DNA from: a virus
IMG/VR virus record: IMGVR_UViG_3300043425_001190
Location: 23,298-87,297 of that record
Direction: 5' to 3' (one strand)
DNA: 64,000 bases
Shown: piece by piece, positions 1-8,786 of the stretch
Layout of the letters: the number at the start of each line of letters is the position of its first letter
Numbering within the stretch: position 1 is the first letter of the stretch
Translations under genes and position numbers: made by a program
Notes under the pieces: model-generated
Told to the model about the DNA's origin: nothing
What the model saw: the letters and a program-made list of their open reading frames with translations, nothing else
Databases searched by the model: none

Positions 1-191
1 AGCTTAACAGCAGCTTTATCTGAAACGGTTATTGGCTTAGGATCGGATTCATATTGTGAAACCGCCAACTCGGCATCTCCGTCATGGATTTCCATCCCGT
101 CTGATCTAACCCGGCAGCAAAACAGCCTGCGCAGTATTAGGTCAATAGCAGCTTTACCATGCCCAAGTTCAAAGATTTGTCTTATTGTCAT
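1..191 (-). CDS. hypothetical protein (partial, runs off window start)
   Basis: ATG at 191 with upstream AGGA; frame MTIRQIFELGHGKAAIDLILRRLFCC... stays open to the window edge. Confidence 0.5.
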   Translation of the reverse strand, partial: MTIRQIFELGHGKAAIDLILRRLFCCRVRSDGMEIHDGDAELAVSQYESDPKPITVSDKAAVK

Positions 192-252
192 TTGGTTGAC
201 GTCCTGTGTACCAGCACTTACCTTAACGGCACACCACAACACAGGAACACAC

Positions 253-588
253 ATGAGCAAACTTTGTTACGTGGCCCACCCTGCCACCACCCATGGTGAT
301 TTGGCCGAAAATATGGCTAAACAACCGGCAATCTGCGCTACCTACGACCTTTCCAACGAGATTCCAATTAGCCCGTTGCTTTGCTTCGGTGGCTGGGTAG
401 ACCCGGCAATCGAAAACCATCATAAGGCCATGGCCGCGTGCTTTGCCCTTCTCAAACAATGTGATGAAATCCATATGTGGGGACAGTGGTGGTTGAGCAA
501 AGGGTGCAAGCAGGAAGTAGAATTTGCCAAACGACACAACATTGCCATCGTCTACAAAACTCAACCGTATGGTGATGTTGTCGTGTAA
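253..588 (+). CDS. DUF4406/DUF1937-like (nucleoside deoxyribosyltransferase-like fold) protein
   Basis: YVAHP..., PISPLLCF, LLKQCDEIHMWGQWWLSKGCKQEVEFAKRHNIAI match this phage family pattern; ATG 253 after AGGA. Confidence 0.7.
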   Translation: MSKLCYVAHPATTHGDLAENMAKQPAICATYDLSNEIPISPLLCFGGWVDPAIENHHKAMAACFALLKQCDEIHMWGQWWLSKGCKQEVEFAKRHNIAIVYKTQPYGDVVV

Positions 589-642
589 CCACGTATTTTT
601 AGTAGATAACCCAGCTGATACCAACAACAAGGAAATGAACAC

Positions 643-1095
643 ATGAGCCGTCCCCGTGCCACCCTAGCCAAACAAGGCATCAACTCGTTCCAACTCACTA
701 TCTCAGACAATGATGATGGTGAAACCGTCGCCATCAAGACTGTCATTCTCAAGGGTGACAAAGGAAACGGTAAGGTTGATATGTCTCCCGCTGCCGATTT
801 CTTCTTCGGCATCCTCAATAAGATCAACCAGGCCCTGTCCGGCAGCGATGTCGTAAACGAAGCGTTCAAAGACGTTGAGGCCACCCGCAAGAGTGTCGAG
901 GAAGCCCTCAAAGACCCGGAAAAGAAACAGGCCATCATGGCCGCAATCAAGGCTATGGACACCAACAAGACGTTTGAAAACGTCACCGGTGGAGATGCGG
1001 TGGCTGACGCCAACGAAGACGACACCGAAATCAAGGGTGGCATCATCCTTGACGACACCAAGAAAGGCACCGGCAACATCATCTTCCCAGGATAA
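643..1095 (+). CDS. hypothetical protein
   Basis: 150-aa ORF with RBS (AAGGA), co-oriented with neighbours. Confidence 0.7.
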   Translation: MSRPRATLAKQGINSFQLTISDNDDGETVAIKTVILKGDKGNGKVDMSPAADFFFGILNKINQALSGSDVVNEAFKDVEATRKSVEEALKDPEKKQAIMAAIKAMDTNKTFENVTGGDAVADANEDDTEIKGGIILDDTKKGTGNIIFPG

Positions 1096-1100
1096 CCATC

Positions 1101-1511
1101 ATGCCCACGGTCAAAAAAGACTCACACAAAGAACCACCCATTAGCCTAAACGCTATCCTGGTTTTGGGCCTGGCTGCCCGTGGGCAGTTTCACCCAAGTT
1201 ACCTCCCGGATGAAGAGGATAACAAATGCTGGTTTGAACGTAACCGGAAATACCAAAGTTTCCACGAAGCGGTGTTTTGGTTGAAAGAAAACGGATATCT
1301 AACTCCAGATATCACTGCCATTACCGAAAAGGGAACCCTGTTCCTACAGCTGTTCCTTGATCGGGCCACCCATATCCACCGTGATGTGTTGACCGAAACT
1401 CTGAACGCCAAGCTGATTAACGGTGCTGACAACTTAGCCGAGGGTTTCACCCGGTCGTCTCGAAACAGCTCAATGGTCCCAAACCCACCAGGCCCAGACG
1501 AGGAAGATTGA
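1101..1511 (+). CDS. hypothetical protein (possible winged-helix; WLKENGYL...ITEKGTLFL)
   Basis: RBS AGGA; closely packed in operon; wHTH-like C-terminal pattern. Confidence 0.6.
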   Translation: MPTVKKDSHKEPPISLNAILVLGLAARGQFHPSYLPDEEDNKCWFERNRKYQSFHEAVFWLKENGYLTPDITAITEKGTLFLQLFLDRATHIHRDVLTETLNAKLINGADNLAEGFTRSSRNSSMVPNPPGPDEED

Positions 1512-1512
1512 A

Positions 1513-1902
1513 ATGAAGGTTAAAGACAACTTACTGTCCGTTGCTGAACTTTTCTCTGCTGAACAGGACTCGGTAGTTTTTACCCAGCAATTTAAAACCG
1601 AGTTAACTTCTGAAATGGGTGATGACAACTTCAGCTGGATATTCGACCACAACCACATTGTGACTGATGGTGGGTGGTTAATGCTGAACCGCCCTGATGT
1701 CTATGATGAACTTTATAAGCGGAGTGGCGCAAACACTGACAACAGTCTTGAGACGATCCTTGAACAAGCCAACTTAACACCACCAAACCAAAGTGCAGTG
1801 AAGTTTATCAGGGCGTTAAAGGAACGGGTTCAAATTACTAATCTTGATATTGCCTTTCGCATCAAGCAATGGCTACGAGATAACAAAGATTTCGTTAAAT
1901 AA
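1513..1902 (+). CDS. hypothetical protein
   Basis: 129-aa ORF, 1 nt after upstream stop, followed by terminator hairpin. Confidence 0.65.
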   Translation: MKVKDNLLSVAELFSAEQDSVVFTQQFKTELTSEMGDDNFSWIFDHNHIVTDGGWLMLNRPDVYDELYKRSGANTDNSLETILEQANLTPPNQSAVKFIRALKERVQITNLDIAFRIKQWLRDNKDFVK

Positions 1903-1924
1903 CCGCTTTCGCCGGCAAATCAAC

Positions 1925-1953
1925 GAGGCCCAGGGACAGATTCCTTGGGCCTC
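1925..1953. terminator. hairpin between convergent operons (probable bidirectional terminator)
   Basis: GAGGCCCAGGGA-loop-TTCCTTGGGCCTC inverted repeat. Confidence 0.65.
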
Positions 1954-1957
1954 AACT

Positions 1958-2068
1958 TTATGCGGGTGTTTCACCATCTTTAGAAGACCAGTTGTTACCT
2001 TTATCAACGGCTTCCATCATGGCCTCAGCCTGTTGCAACCCTGGGTCAACCGAAGTAGTAGTCATCAT
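1958..2068 (-). CDS. 36-aa peptide (not in ORF track)
   Basis: MMTTTSVDPGLQQAEAMMEAVDKGNNWSSKDGETPA*; AGGAG 9 nt upstream; starts 2 nt after receiver-gene stop. Confidence 0.55.
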   Translation of the reverse strand: MMTTTSVDPGLQQAEAMMEAVDKGNNWSSKDGETPA

Positions 2069-2070
2069 GG

Positions 2071-2508
2071 TTACTTTCTCCTACGAGCTTTTTCTTCAGA
2101 TTTGTTTATATCCGATTTGGTCATCTCATTAGCGTTTAGTAACTCGATTAGTTTAGTCATCAAACTCATACCGAGTGATGTTGATTTATCCCAGATTTCT
2201 ACGTCCATCGACAACAACGTTTTTCTTGAAGGATCGGCGGTACATATAGCCACTGCTGATGACATGCGTTTAAAATGGTCTTTTAGGCTATACCCATTTC
2301 CGTCTGGTAGTTCAACATCTAAAATCACGATATCAAAATACACATTTGAGGCTATAACCATTCTAGCTTCTGCTAACGATCTGGCCACTTCTATTTTGAC
2401 TCCAGACCGTGCCAACGATCGTTGATAAAATAATATGGTCGCCTCTGAATCCTCGACCACCAGCATTGTCTTGCCAGATAGTAAAGGGCCTACATCGTGA
2501 GCGTTCAT
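2071..2508 (-). CDS. single-domain response regulator (CheY-like receiver)
   Basis: MLVVEDS (acidic pair), FDIVILDVELPDGNG (phospho-Asp), AICTAD (Thr), WDKS (Lys). Confidence 0.85.
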   Translation of the reverse strand: MNAHDVGPLLSGKTMLVVEDSEATILFYQRSLARSGVKIEVARSLAEARMVIASNVYFDIVILDVELPDGNGYSLKDHFKRMSSAVAICTADPSRKTLLSMDVEIWDKSTSLGMSLMTKLIELLNANEMTKSDINKSEEKARRRK

Positions 2509-2510
2509 TT

Positions 2511-3335
2511 TTATTTCTCGTTTGGTTCATCAACCTTACTGAACAAAGCCCCGATAAAACGCCTAGACCAGGAAACCTGGAGGGCTGATGCGTTTATCCG
2601 CTTTTCAATTTGGTTGCACTGGTTTCTGGAAGATTCGTCCCACTCTTCGCACATGGTGTTGTTTAGCTCTACAAATTCTTTTGGTGGGAATTCGGCGCAA
2701 GGAGAATCTGGGCAGACGTCCTCGCATGAAACATTGTCTGTGCTTGAAAACTGTAAGGAAACAAAACCAATTGGCTCTGGTGATTTGATGTTGCTGTCGT
2801 ACAGAATTCTGTGCATAGCCACCACAACACCGGATTCATCAAACGAGGCTGCCAGTTGACCAACCTCAAGGCTGTCTCTAGTGATGGCGTGCCACCTTGT
2901 GTCTTTAATAACCTCGGCGGTATTTGGGTGTGCAGTGTAGATGAATGACACAGCCTCAGGAGTGGTACTGATTAGAACGCCTTTGCAGGAATTGCTGATA
3001 CTGGTGCTACCCGGAGCGCATGATTCACTGTAGCACGACATCTTGGCAAGGGATTTCCCGTTAAAAAACGACTCACCGTTATGAAACATGAATACTAAAG
3101 CTCTTGATGCCTTGTGTCTTATCCGTAGCTCAATTAAAAGATCTCGTACAGCTGCGGATGCCGTATAATGGCGGTGGAAGTTTGGTTTTTTAGATGCCGC
3201 TTTTAAAGACGTGTGCATCTTCTTCGCAGCCAACTTCAAAACAAACGCTACGATTGTTATGATTATTCCGCCAATAATTTCACCAGCATGGGTAGCCAGG
3301 AATGACATTGTTGACTCTGCTACTTGGCTTCCCAT
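2511..3335 (-). CDS. membrane-anchored GAF-like protein, holin T-like architecture
   Basis: one N-terminal TM (IIGGIIITIVAFVL), then LLIELRIRHKASRALVFMFHNGE...SCYSE and PIGFVSLQF typical of GAF-like phage holin domains. Confidence 0.6.
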   Translation of the reverse strand: MGSQVAESTMSFLATHAGEIIGGIIITIVAFVLKLAAKKMHTSLKAASKKPNFHRHYTASAAVRDLLIELRIRHKASRALVFMFHNGESFFNGKSLAKMSCYSESCAPGSTSISNSCKGVLISTTPEAVSFIYTAHPNTAEVIKDTRWHAITRDSLEVGQLAASFDESGVVVAMHRILYDSNIKSPEPIGFVSLQFSSTDNVSCEDVCPDSPCAEFPPKEFVELNNTMCEEWDESSRNQCNQIEKRINASALQVSWSRRFIGALFSKVDEPNEK

Positions 3336-3357
3336 GATCTTTCCCTTTTAATGAACT

Positions 3358-3364
3358 TATTTAA
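3358..3364 (-). promoter_or_regulatory. late promoter-like motif TTAAATA
   Basis: same TAA(A/G)TA core as upstream of structural genes; 22 nt before ATG 3335. Confidence 0.5.
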
Positions 3365-3419
3365 CTGAATGCTTGCGCGGTTATGTGTTGAAGCATATTT
3401 TACTAAAAGTGGAGACAAC

Positions 3420-3818
3420 ATGGACATAAACGAAGATGTAACCCAGCCACCGCCACCATCAGAAACAGACGATGATGGTGGCGGCGATGGCGGTGGTGAC
3501 GGAAATAATAACCCAATAACTCCTGAGTTATTTTGCCGGTATGTGTGGTGGTCAAACCTTGAAAAAACGGCAATAACCACCGGCACATGTGTTGGTTTGT
3601 CGCCAAACAAAAAGGTGGTGGTGATGGATCTGCCTGGCTCAACAGCTGTAGTTGGTGTAGACCATTTAATATCCAAAATACATTCACCACCACTGGAGGA
3701 AAAACCAAAACCAACAGTTGTCATTGAAAAAACCGATACATCTGGGTGGTTCTTGATAGGTGGTATGTTTGCCATGTTGGCATACATGATCTACCTAGTA
3801 ACTTCAAAAGTAGTCTAA
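3420..3818 (+). CDS. hypothetical protein with C-terminal transmembrane anchor
   Basis: GGAG RBS before ATG 3420; PPPP/DGGG low-complexity N-terminus; C-terminal TM WFLIGGMFAMLAYMIYLV. Confidence 0.7.
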   Translation: MDINEDVTQPPPPSETDDDGGGDGGGDGNNNPITPELFCRYVWWSNLEKTAITTGTCVGLSPNKKVVVMDLPGSTAVVGVDHLISKIHSPPLEEKPKPTVVIEKTDTSGWFLIGGMFAMLAYMIYLVTSKVV

Positions 3819-3827
3819 GGAGATTAT

Positions 3828-4775
3828 ATGAGCGAAATCAACGAACCGTTAATTTTAGTAGATGCTTCTAACGTAGTATGGCAGGCTCTTCACTCTGTAC
3901 GCGGCGAGTTAAAGAAAAACAAAACTCTTTGGGCTCAGCTGCCAAAGCCAGTCAAGATGTCTCAGCTATCAATAACCAGAAACAGTGTCATCGCCTTCTT
4001 CTTGGATGAGTTGTTTACCACCATTAACAGTTATAGTGATGGTCACAAGGTTCTGATCGCCCTGGATAGTAAACCAAGTTGGAGGTACAAGGTTGCCCCA
4101 GATTATAAGGGCCACCGCAAAGAAATCAAGGACCGATTTGCCGAGGATATTGATATCGAAGACGTAATGGGCGTCTTCTCCGATATGTATGAACTATTGA
4201 AGCAATGTCCGTATTTCATCGTGGTGGCAGCCCCAACAGCCGAGGCCGACGATGTTATTGGTACAGTCGTATTGAACAACGACAGTAAGAACAACTTCAT
4301 AATGTCTTCTGACCGGGATTTCATGCAACTTGGCCATAAAGCCAGATTGGTGTCTAGGTACAAAGAGGATGGGTGTTCAAAGTTAGTATCAGAACTTGAG
4401 GCCGCTGTTATGCGTGAAAGAAAAATACTATCTGGCGACAGTGGCGACCACATCAAAGCGGTGGTACCAAAGGTCACCGGACCAAAGTTTGCCGAAAACG
4501 CAGTTACAGTGGAAAATGTCACCACATACGCTAACGGTCTTTTGACTGAACTGTGTAAGGTTCACCCGTTTGCTAGGGATTCTTTCATCAGAAACAAGAT
4601 TTTAATCGATCTGTCAAAATCACCTCCAGCTATCAAGGCCACTATTCTACTAGAATATAACCTTCAACGGTCGAAATGGCGTCGTGATCTGTCGCCATTA
4701 GTGAAGTTCTTAAGAGAACAGAATCTTATAGGCCTTGGTCCAAAAGTGCAAAGGGTGATTAACAACCACCTCTAA
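3828..4775 (+). CDS. rnh: T4-type RNase H / 5'-3' flap exonuclease
   Basis: LILVDASN, ALDSKPSWR, DYKGHR, EADDVIG, SSDRDFMQL, GDSGDHI, RNKILIDL motifs. Confidence 0.92.
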   Translation: MSEINEPLILVDASNVVWQALHSVRGELKKNKTLWAQLPKPVKMSQLSITRNSVIAFFLDELFTTINSYSDGHKVLIALDSKPSWRYKVAPDYKGHRKEIKDRFAEDIDIEDVMGVFSDMYELLKQCPYFIVVAAPTAEADDVIGTVVLNNDSKNNFIMSSDRDFMQLGHKARLVSRYKEDGCSKLVSELEAAVMRERKILSGDSGDHIKAVVPKVTGPKFAENAVTVENVTTYANGLLTELCKVHPFARDSFIRNKILIDLSKSPPAIKATILLEYNLQRSKWRRDLSPLVKFLREQNLIGLGPKVQRVINNHL

Positions 4776-4825
4776 GTTTTTGTAAATGCGTTTATCACAA
4801 CACAACCACAAGAAGGAGACACATT

Positions 4826-5002
4826 ATGTCTGAAAATAAATCTGGTGACCTAATCCAGTGCACCAAATGCGGAACATACCGTTCAAAGAAAATCTCGGCA
4901 TGCTTCACCTGCGCGGCCAGCGGTAAAAACAAAGAACCTCTCAAGGTCGCCCCTCGCAACGAATCAGTGACCAATGGTAAGACCCTCTTCAGAGAAGGTT
5001 GA
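4826..5002 (+). CDS. small zinc-finger-like protein (58 aa, not in ORF track)
   Basis: AAGGAG RBS; MSENKSGDLIQCTKCGTYRSKKISACFTCAASG...; two CxxC. Confidence 0.7.
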   Translation: MSENKSGDLIQCTKCGTYRSKKISACFTCAASGKNKEPLKVAPRNESVTNGKTLFREG

Positions 5003-5007
5003 TCCAA

Positions 5008-5040
5008 CGCCCCGGCTTGATGACTCAGCCGGGGTGCTTT
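5008..5040 (+). terminator. rho-independent terminator-like hairpin
   Basis: CCCCGGCT...AGCCGGGG followed by T-rich tract. Confidence 0.55.
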
Positions 5041-5064
5041 ATATTATAGTAAAAAACGGGTTTT

Positions 5065-6297
5065 ATGGCAAGGTACGAATTAGCAATAATGAAGTTGGTA
5101 GCCGAGCGTTTCCACTCGAAATACCCTAATCTTCCCATGCGATATTCGTCATACCACGAGGCTTGGAATATGAGCTGCCCGGTATGCGGGGAGGGCAAAT
5201 CTATTGGTCAGAAGACACGTTTAAACGTGAAAGCTCGTGGTGAAGAAAACGATTCAATAGTGATATGTTATAACTCAGGATGTGAGTTATCACAACCAAC
5301 AGACCCGTTTGTGGCACTTGGTATTATGGAAGGACAGCCGGCCATTAAGATGAAAATGGAGCTAACCGGTAGGATTGTGGTAGATGAAGTCACCGGTGAT
5401 AAGATTTATAAAAGGAAAAGAATTTCGGTGGACCTACCACCAGGTACCATTATGATTACGCCGGCAGAAATTCATAAAGCGATTAGTGAAGATCCGTCGC
5501 AGGTTGAATACCTAAAGCCAATCTGTGCTGAGCTAACCAGGCGTAAAATCAACGAAGCTCCGTTCAGGCCCCCTCTGTATGTGGTGGTAAAAAAGGAGTG
5601 GGACGAAAGGTCTGAGTATTGGAAAAACCGGTTCATCATACCATTCTACGGGATCATGCACAACCTAACCTGGTACCAGGGACGAACCATCGTAAAAGGT
5701 GAAGACCCGAAATACCGTGGTTGCACACAGAAGGCTGATGGTATCATCCTATATGGGCTTGAGAAACTACGGAACCCTAAGGCTATCACTCTGCTGGAAG
5801 GACCAATAAACTCTTTCTTTGTGGCCAACGGGATAGCGTGTGGTAACTCATTCATTTCGGTTGAAGAGTTGGATTACCTCAGCAAGGAGTTTAATGTCAA
5901 ACGCAACCAGATTATCTGGATCGGCGATAACTTCTTAATAGATACCACCGCACGGTCTAACCTGTTTAGGGCTTTGGACCTTGGTATGAGAATTTTCACG
6001 TGGAAAGGCATTGATGTAAAAGATGTCAATGACTACGTGATTAAAACCAACGACCTAACCACCTTTGCAAACATAGATTACCTACTGGAGAACAGTTTAT
6101 GCGGGATGTCAGCGGAATGCGCCCTCAAGATAATGGGCATAACCAGAGAGTCGGTGAAAGCCGAGAAGATCGAGAGGAAGAAAATCTCCTCAGGAGCGTC
6201 CCAACCATCCAACAGTATGTCGACGATATCACAGGCGGACAAAGCAAAAAATATCTTCGAAGCTTTAACTTCGAAAAATCGTTCAACACCTATATGA
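5065..6297 (+). CDS. DNA primase (T4 gp61-like)
   Basis: Zn ribbon CPVCGE...CYNSGC, RFIIPFY, YQGRTI, DPKY, TOPRIM LLEGPINS, KDVNDY. Confidence 0.9.
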   Translation: MARYELAIMKLVAERFHSKYPNLPMRYSSYHEAWNMSCPVCGEGKSIGQKTRLNVKARGEENDSIVICYNSGCELSQPTDPFVALGIMEGQPAIKMKMELTGRIVVDEVTGDKIYKRKRISVDLPPGTIMITPAEIHKAISEDPSQVEYLKPICAELTRRKINEAPFRPPLYVVVKKEWDERSEYWKNRFIIPFYGIMHNLTWYQGRTIVKGEDPKYRGCTQKADGIILYGLEKLRNPKAITLLEGPINSFFVANGIACGNSFISVEELDYLSKEFNVKRNQIIWIGDNFLIDTTARSNLFRALDLGMRIFTWKGIDVKDVNDYVIKTNDLTTFANIDYLLENSLCGMSAECALKIMGITRESVKAEKIERKKISSGASQPSNSMSTISQADKAKNIFEALTSKNRSTPI

Positions 6298-6416
6298 TTT
6301 TGAATCGTCTGAGTGAGGTCAGGCCGGACAAATCGCTAGAGTTGATGCAAATATCATACCTCAAAGAAGCATCAAAAGAACAAATTTATAACCTGTTATG
6401 TGAGGCTTTCAAATGA
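6099..6416 (+). CDS. clamp loader small subunit (gp62)-like, overlapping primase 3' end; start uncertain
   Basis: QYVDDIT...FEKSFNTYMILNRLS...SKEQIYNLL resembles gp62 FxxYMxNRxLS core. Confidence 0.45.
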   Translation: MRDVSGMRPQDNGHNQRVGESREDREEENLLRSVPTIQQYVDDITGGQSKKYLRSFNFEKSFNTYMILNRLSEVRPDKSLELMQISYLKEASKEQIYNLLCEAFK

Positions 6417-6976
6417 ACCTAGACGTTTTAGCAAAACTGCTACAGGCAACCGAAAACGATGATGGTTTCCTGGTCTGTAAAAAAGGTAAATTCTCTTTCC
6501 ATAAAGGATCGTTGTTTAGCGGAACAGCGTTATGTGGTAAAAGGATACCGTTGGTGAGAGAACACAGGGTACAGGAACTCAGCAATAACCACATAGATGT
6601 GTACATCGTTGAATCTCCAGTAGAATTTGTTGAAACAGAATTCATCACTTTATCCGGCCGATATGCTACCGTAGACAAGAGACAAGGTAGCCCATACACC
6701 GAAATGGCTGTTTGGATATCATGCGACAAAGAATTTGTTGATACATTAACTGGTAGCATTGATGATTCTTGTTCGATGATTGAACAGACAAAATGGGCCG
6801 TCAAAAACTCCATGGCCGATGAATGCGTTGTGTGCGACGTTTCATCATCAATAGCTGTTGGCGGGTATAACAAAACCGTAAAGTTAACCGGTGGCCAACT
6901 TTACGTTGTTGTTTATAGTACCGGTACCCCAAACCTTACTTTGGGGTTTGATGCGGCGTTTACCGAAGAATCTTAA
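6413..6976 (+). CDS. hypothetical protein, paralog of 7490..7996
   Basis: shares SPVEFxxTEFxxxSGRY, IAxGGYNK and FDAAFxEE motifs with 7490..7996. Confidence 0.75.
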   Translation: MNLDVLAKLLQATENDDGFLVCKKGKFSFHKGSLFSGTALCGKRIPLVREHRVQELSNNHIDVYIVESPVEFVETEFITLSGRYATVDKRQGSPYTEMAVWISCDKEFVDTLTGSIDDSCSMIEQTKWAVKNSMADECVVCDVSSSIAVGGYNKTVKLTGGQLYVVVYSTGTPNLTLGFDAAFTEES

Positions 6977-7446
6977 TAACCAGCCTTTGCTAGCTCAGAT
7001 GCCTCTAACGGTGTTAGAGGTGATTTTGCGTATACACCACCAAACATCCGTACGCTTCTATACACAGACAGCGATGTAAACAGACCAATTTTGTTTTTGC
7101 GCATAGCCTGGTATAGCAGCTCATCGGCCTGTTCTCTAGTGCACAGACCTTTTTTACACAAAAGATAGCAAAAGTCATGTATGGCGTATGCTGACCATGC
7201 CGACGGGTCCGTTGGGGTTATTACCCTCCAGAAAAAACGTGGTACACTACCTTCAAACCTGAATCCGTCTTCTATGGTTATCTCTGTTAGTATAACGTCT
7301 TTACCGGTTCTTGATGTGACAACAAAAGAGTATTGACCGATAAGTTTCAATCTGTCATCTTCCTCGTTGAAAAGCACCGTGCATACCGGTTCTTTTTCCC
7401 AATTAACGTTGACAATTTCGTCGTTAAACAGTAGTTTATTTGGCAT
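6973..7446 (-). CDS. DUF1353 family protein
   Basis: GFRFEGSVPRFFW...AYAIHDFCY...REQADELLYQAM...YRSVRMFG. Confidence 0.8.
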   Translation of the reverse strand: MPNKLLFNDEIVNVNWEKEPVCTVLFNEEDDRLKLIGQYSFVVTSRTGKDVILTEITIEDGFRFEGSVPRFFWRVITPTDPSAWSAYAIHDFCYLLCKKGLCTREQADELLYQAMRKNKIGLFTSLSVYRSVRMFGGVYAKSPLTPLEASELAKAGY

Positions 7447-7489
7447 GGTCTAACCTCTTTTCTTTTACCTAATACATTGGAGACAAAAC

Positions 7490-7996
7490 GTGAGTACCAG
7501 AAAGTTTGACGGGATGAAGCTTAACATAAACCAAATGTTGTTGACCAAAAACAACAACGCTCTAAAAAATTTACCGGTTGGCGGGTATGTTATACCTTCC
7601 CCGGTGGAGTTTATTAAAACCGAGTTCTTAATGATTTCTGGCCGTTATATGGCATCGTCTCCGTCCGATAGCGAGGATTTAGATTCTAAAAAATGTAGTA
7701 CCGCGATGTGGTGTTTTAGTAGCATGCATGAGGCATACAGGCTGATTCACAGCGCCCCAGATGATAAACACGAAGCCACTAAGTGGATGGCTCAACATTC
7801 ATTAGACGAAAACTGTGTATTCGCTGATATCACCGGCTCAAACATTGCTATAGGTGGATACAACAAAATGGTTGCGTTGAGCTTTCAAGCTTTCGTTCTT
7901 GTTGTTTACAGTAATAACCGTTGGTATAACAGTGACGGCACCGGTGAAGGTGCCGTCACTGTCAACTTTGATGCAGCGTTTAGTGAAGAGGATTAA
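7490..7996 (+). CDS. hypothetical protein, paralog of 6413..6976
   Basis: GGAG RBS before GTG; shared motifs as above. Confidence 0.75.
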   Translation: MSTRKFDGMKLNINQMLLTKNNNALKNLPVGGYVIPSPVEFIKTEFLMISGRYMASSPSDSEDLDSKKCSTAMWCFSSMHEAYRLIHSAPDDKHEATKWMAQHSLDENCVFADITGSNIAIGGYNKMVALSFQAFVLVVYSNNRWYNSDGTGEGAVTVNFDAAFSEED

Positions 7997-8751
7997 ACGC
8001 GGTCGTAGTCAAAGTAGGTTTTGTCGCCGGTGGCCATGTTGATCGCCCAAGTGATGGTGGAACCGGAAAGGGTGAATCCGTTGCCTTCAGTGTAACGGAT
8101 GCCACCAAAGTAGCCAGCGATGGTGCCGGCGATCGGGGTGTATGCCAGGGTCTGGGTGGGGCTGCCGTTGGTGACGGTTGGGAATTCTCCGATCACACGA
8201 GCTGGGGGAACATAGACCTCGTAGCCCTTGCCAATGATCAGGTCATCAGTACCAACGATGCCGGTTCCGGTATCGTTCTTGACAACCCAGACCTGGTCAG
8301 CGTAGGTACCGGCTTCAACGGTGAACGATTTGCCACCAAGATCAACGCCGACAAGGGCGTCAGCCGAGCGGGTCCAAGAGCCACCATCAACGGCAGTGTA
8401 AATGCCGTCGGCGGTGGATGTGGTTTGGCCAGCAACGAAAACTCGGTCTCCGGCGACGATCACTCGGCCATTGATGGTTTGACCAATGTTGGCCAGGGTG
8501 ATGTTAACGGTGGAGACAGTGTCAACAGCGTTGAGGCCCGGTTTGGCCAGGGCGGCGAGCAGGCTGTTAACCTGACCTAGAGTGGCTGGCGAGGTGCTGT
8601 CGACGGCGGCTTTCAGACCGATGAAGGTGGCGTTGTTGGCACCGGCGGTGAGGTCTAGGTCGACACCACCAAAGAAGTTCGCTTTGAAGAGTGAAGAACT
8701 GAGAGTGCCGTCAACTGAGGTACGGTCGAGGTCTACAGATTTGAGTGACAT
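7993..8751 (-). CDS. virion fibre/decoration protein
   Basis: TVNITLA..QTINGRVIVAGDRVFVAGQT..DGIY..GSWTRSAD fibre motif; own late promoter at 8779..8786. Confidence 0.7.
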   Translation of the reverse strand: MSLKSVDLDRTSVDGTLSSSLFKANFFGGVDLDLTAGANNATFIGLKAAVDSTSPATLGQVNSLLAALAKPGLNAVDTVSTVNITLANIGQTINGRVIVAGDRVFVAGQTTSTADGIYTAVDGGSWTRSADALVGVDLGGKSFTVEAGTYADQVWVVKNDTGTGIVGTDDLIIGKGYEVYVPPARVIGEFPTVTNGSPTQTLAYTPIAGTIAGYFGGIRYTEGNGFTLSGSTITWAINMATGDKTYFDYDRV

Positions 8752-8778
8752 GGTTATGCTCCGTGTTGGGTGACAATC

Positions 8779-8786
8779 TATTTATT
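8779..8786 (-). promoter_or_regulatory. late promoter-like AATAAATA
   Basis: T4 late consensus-like, 27 nt upstream of ATG 8751. Confidence 0.55.
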
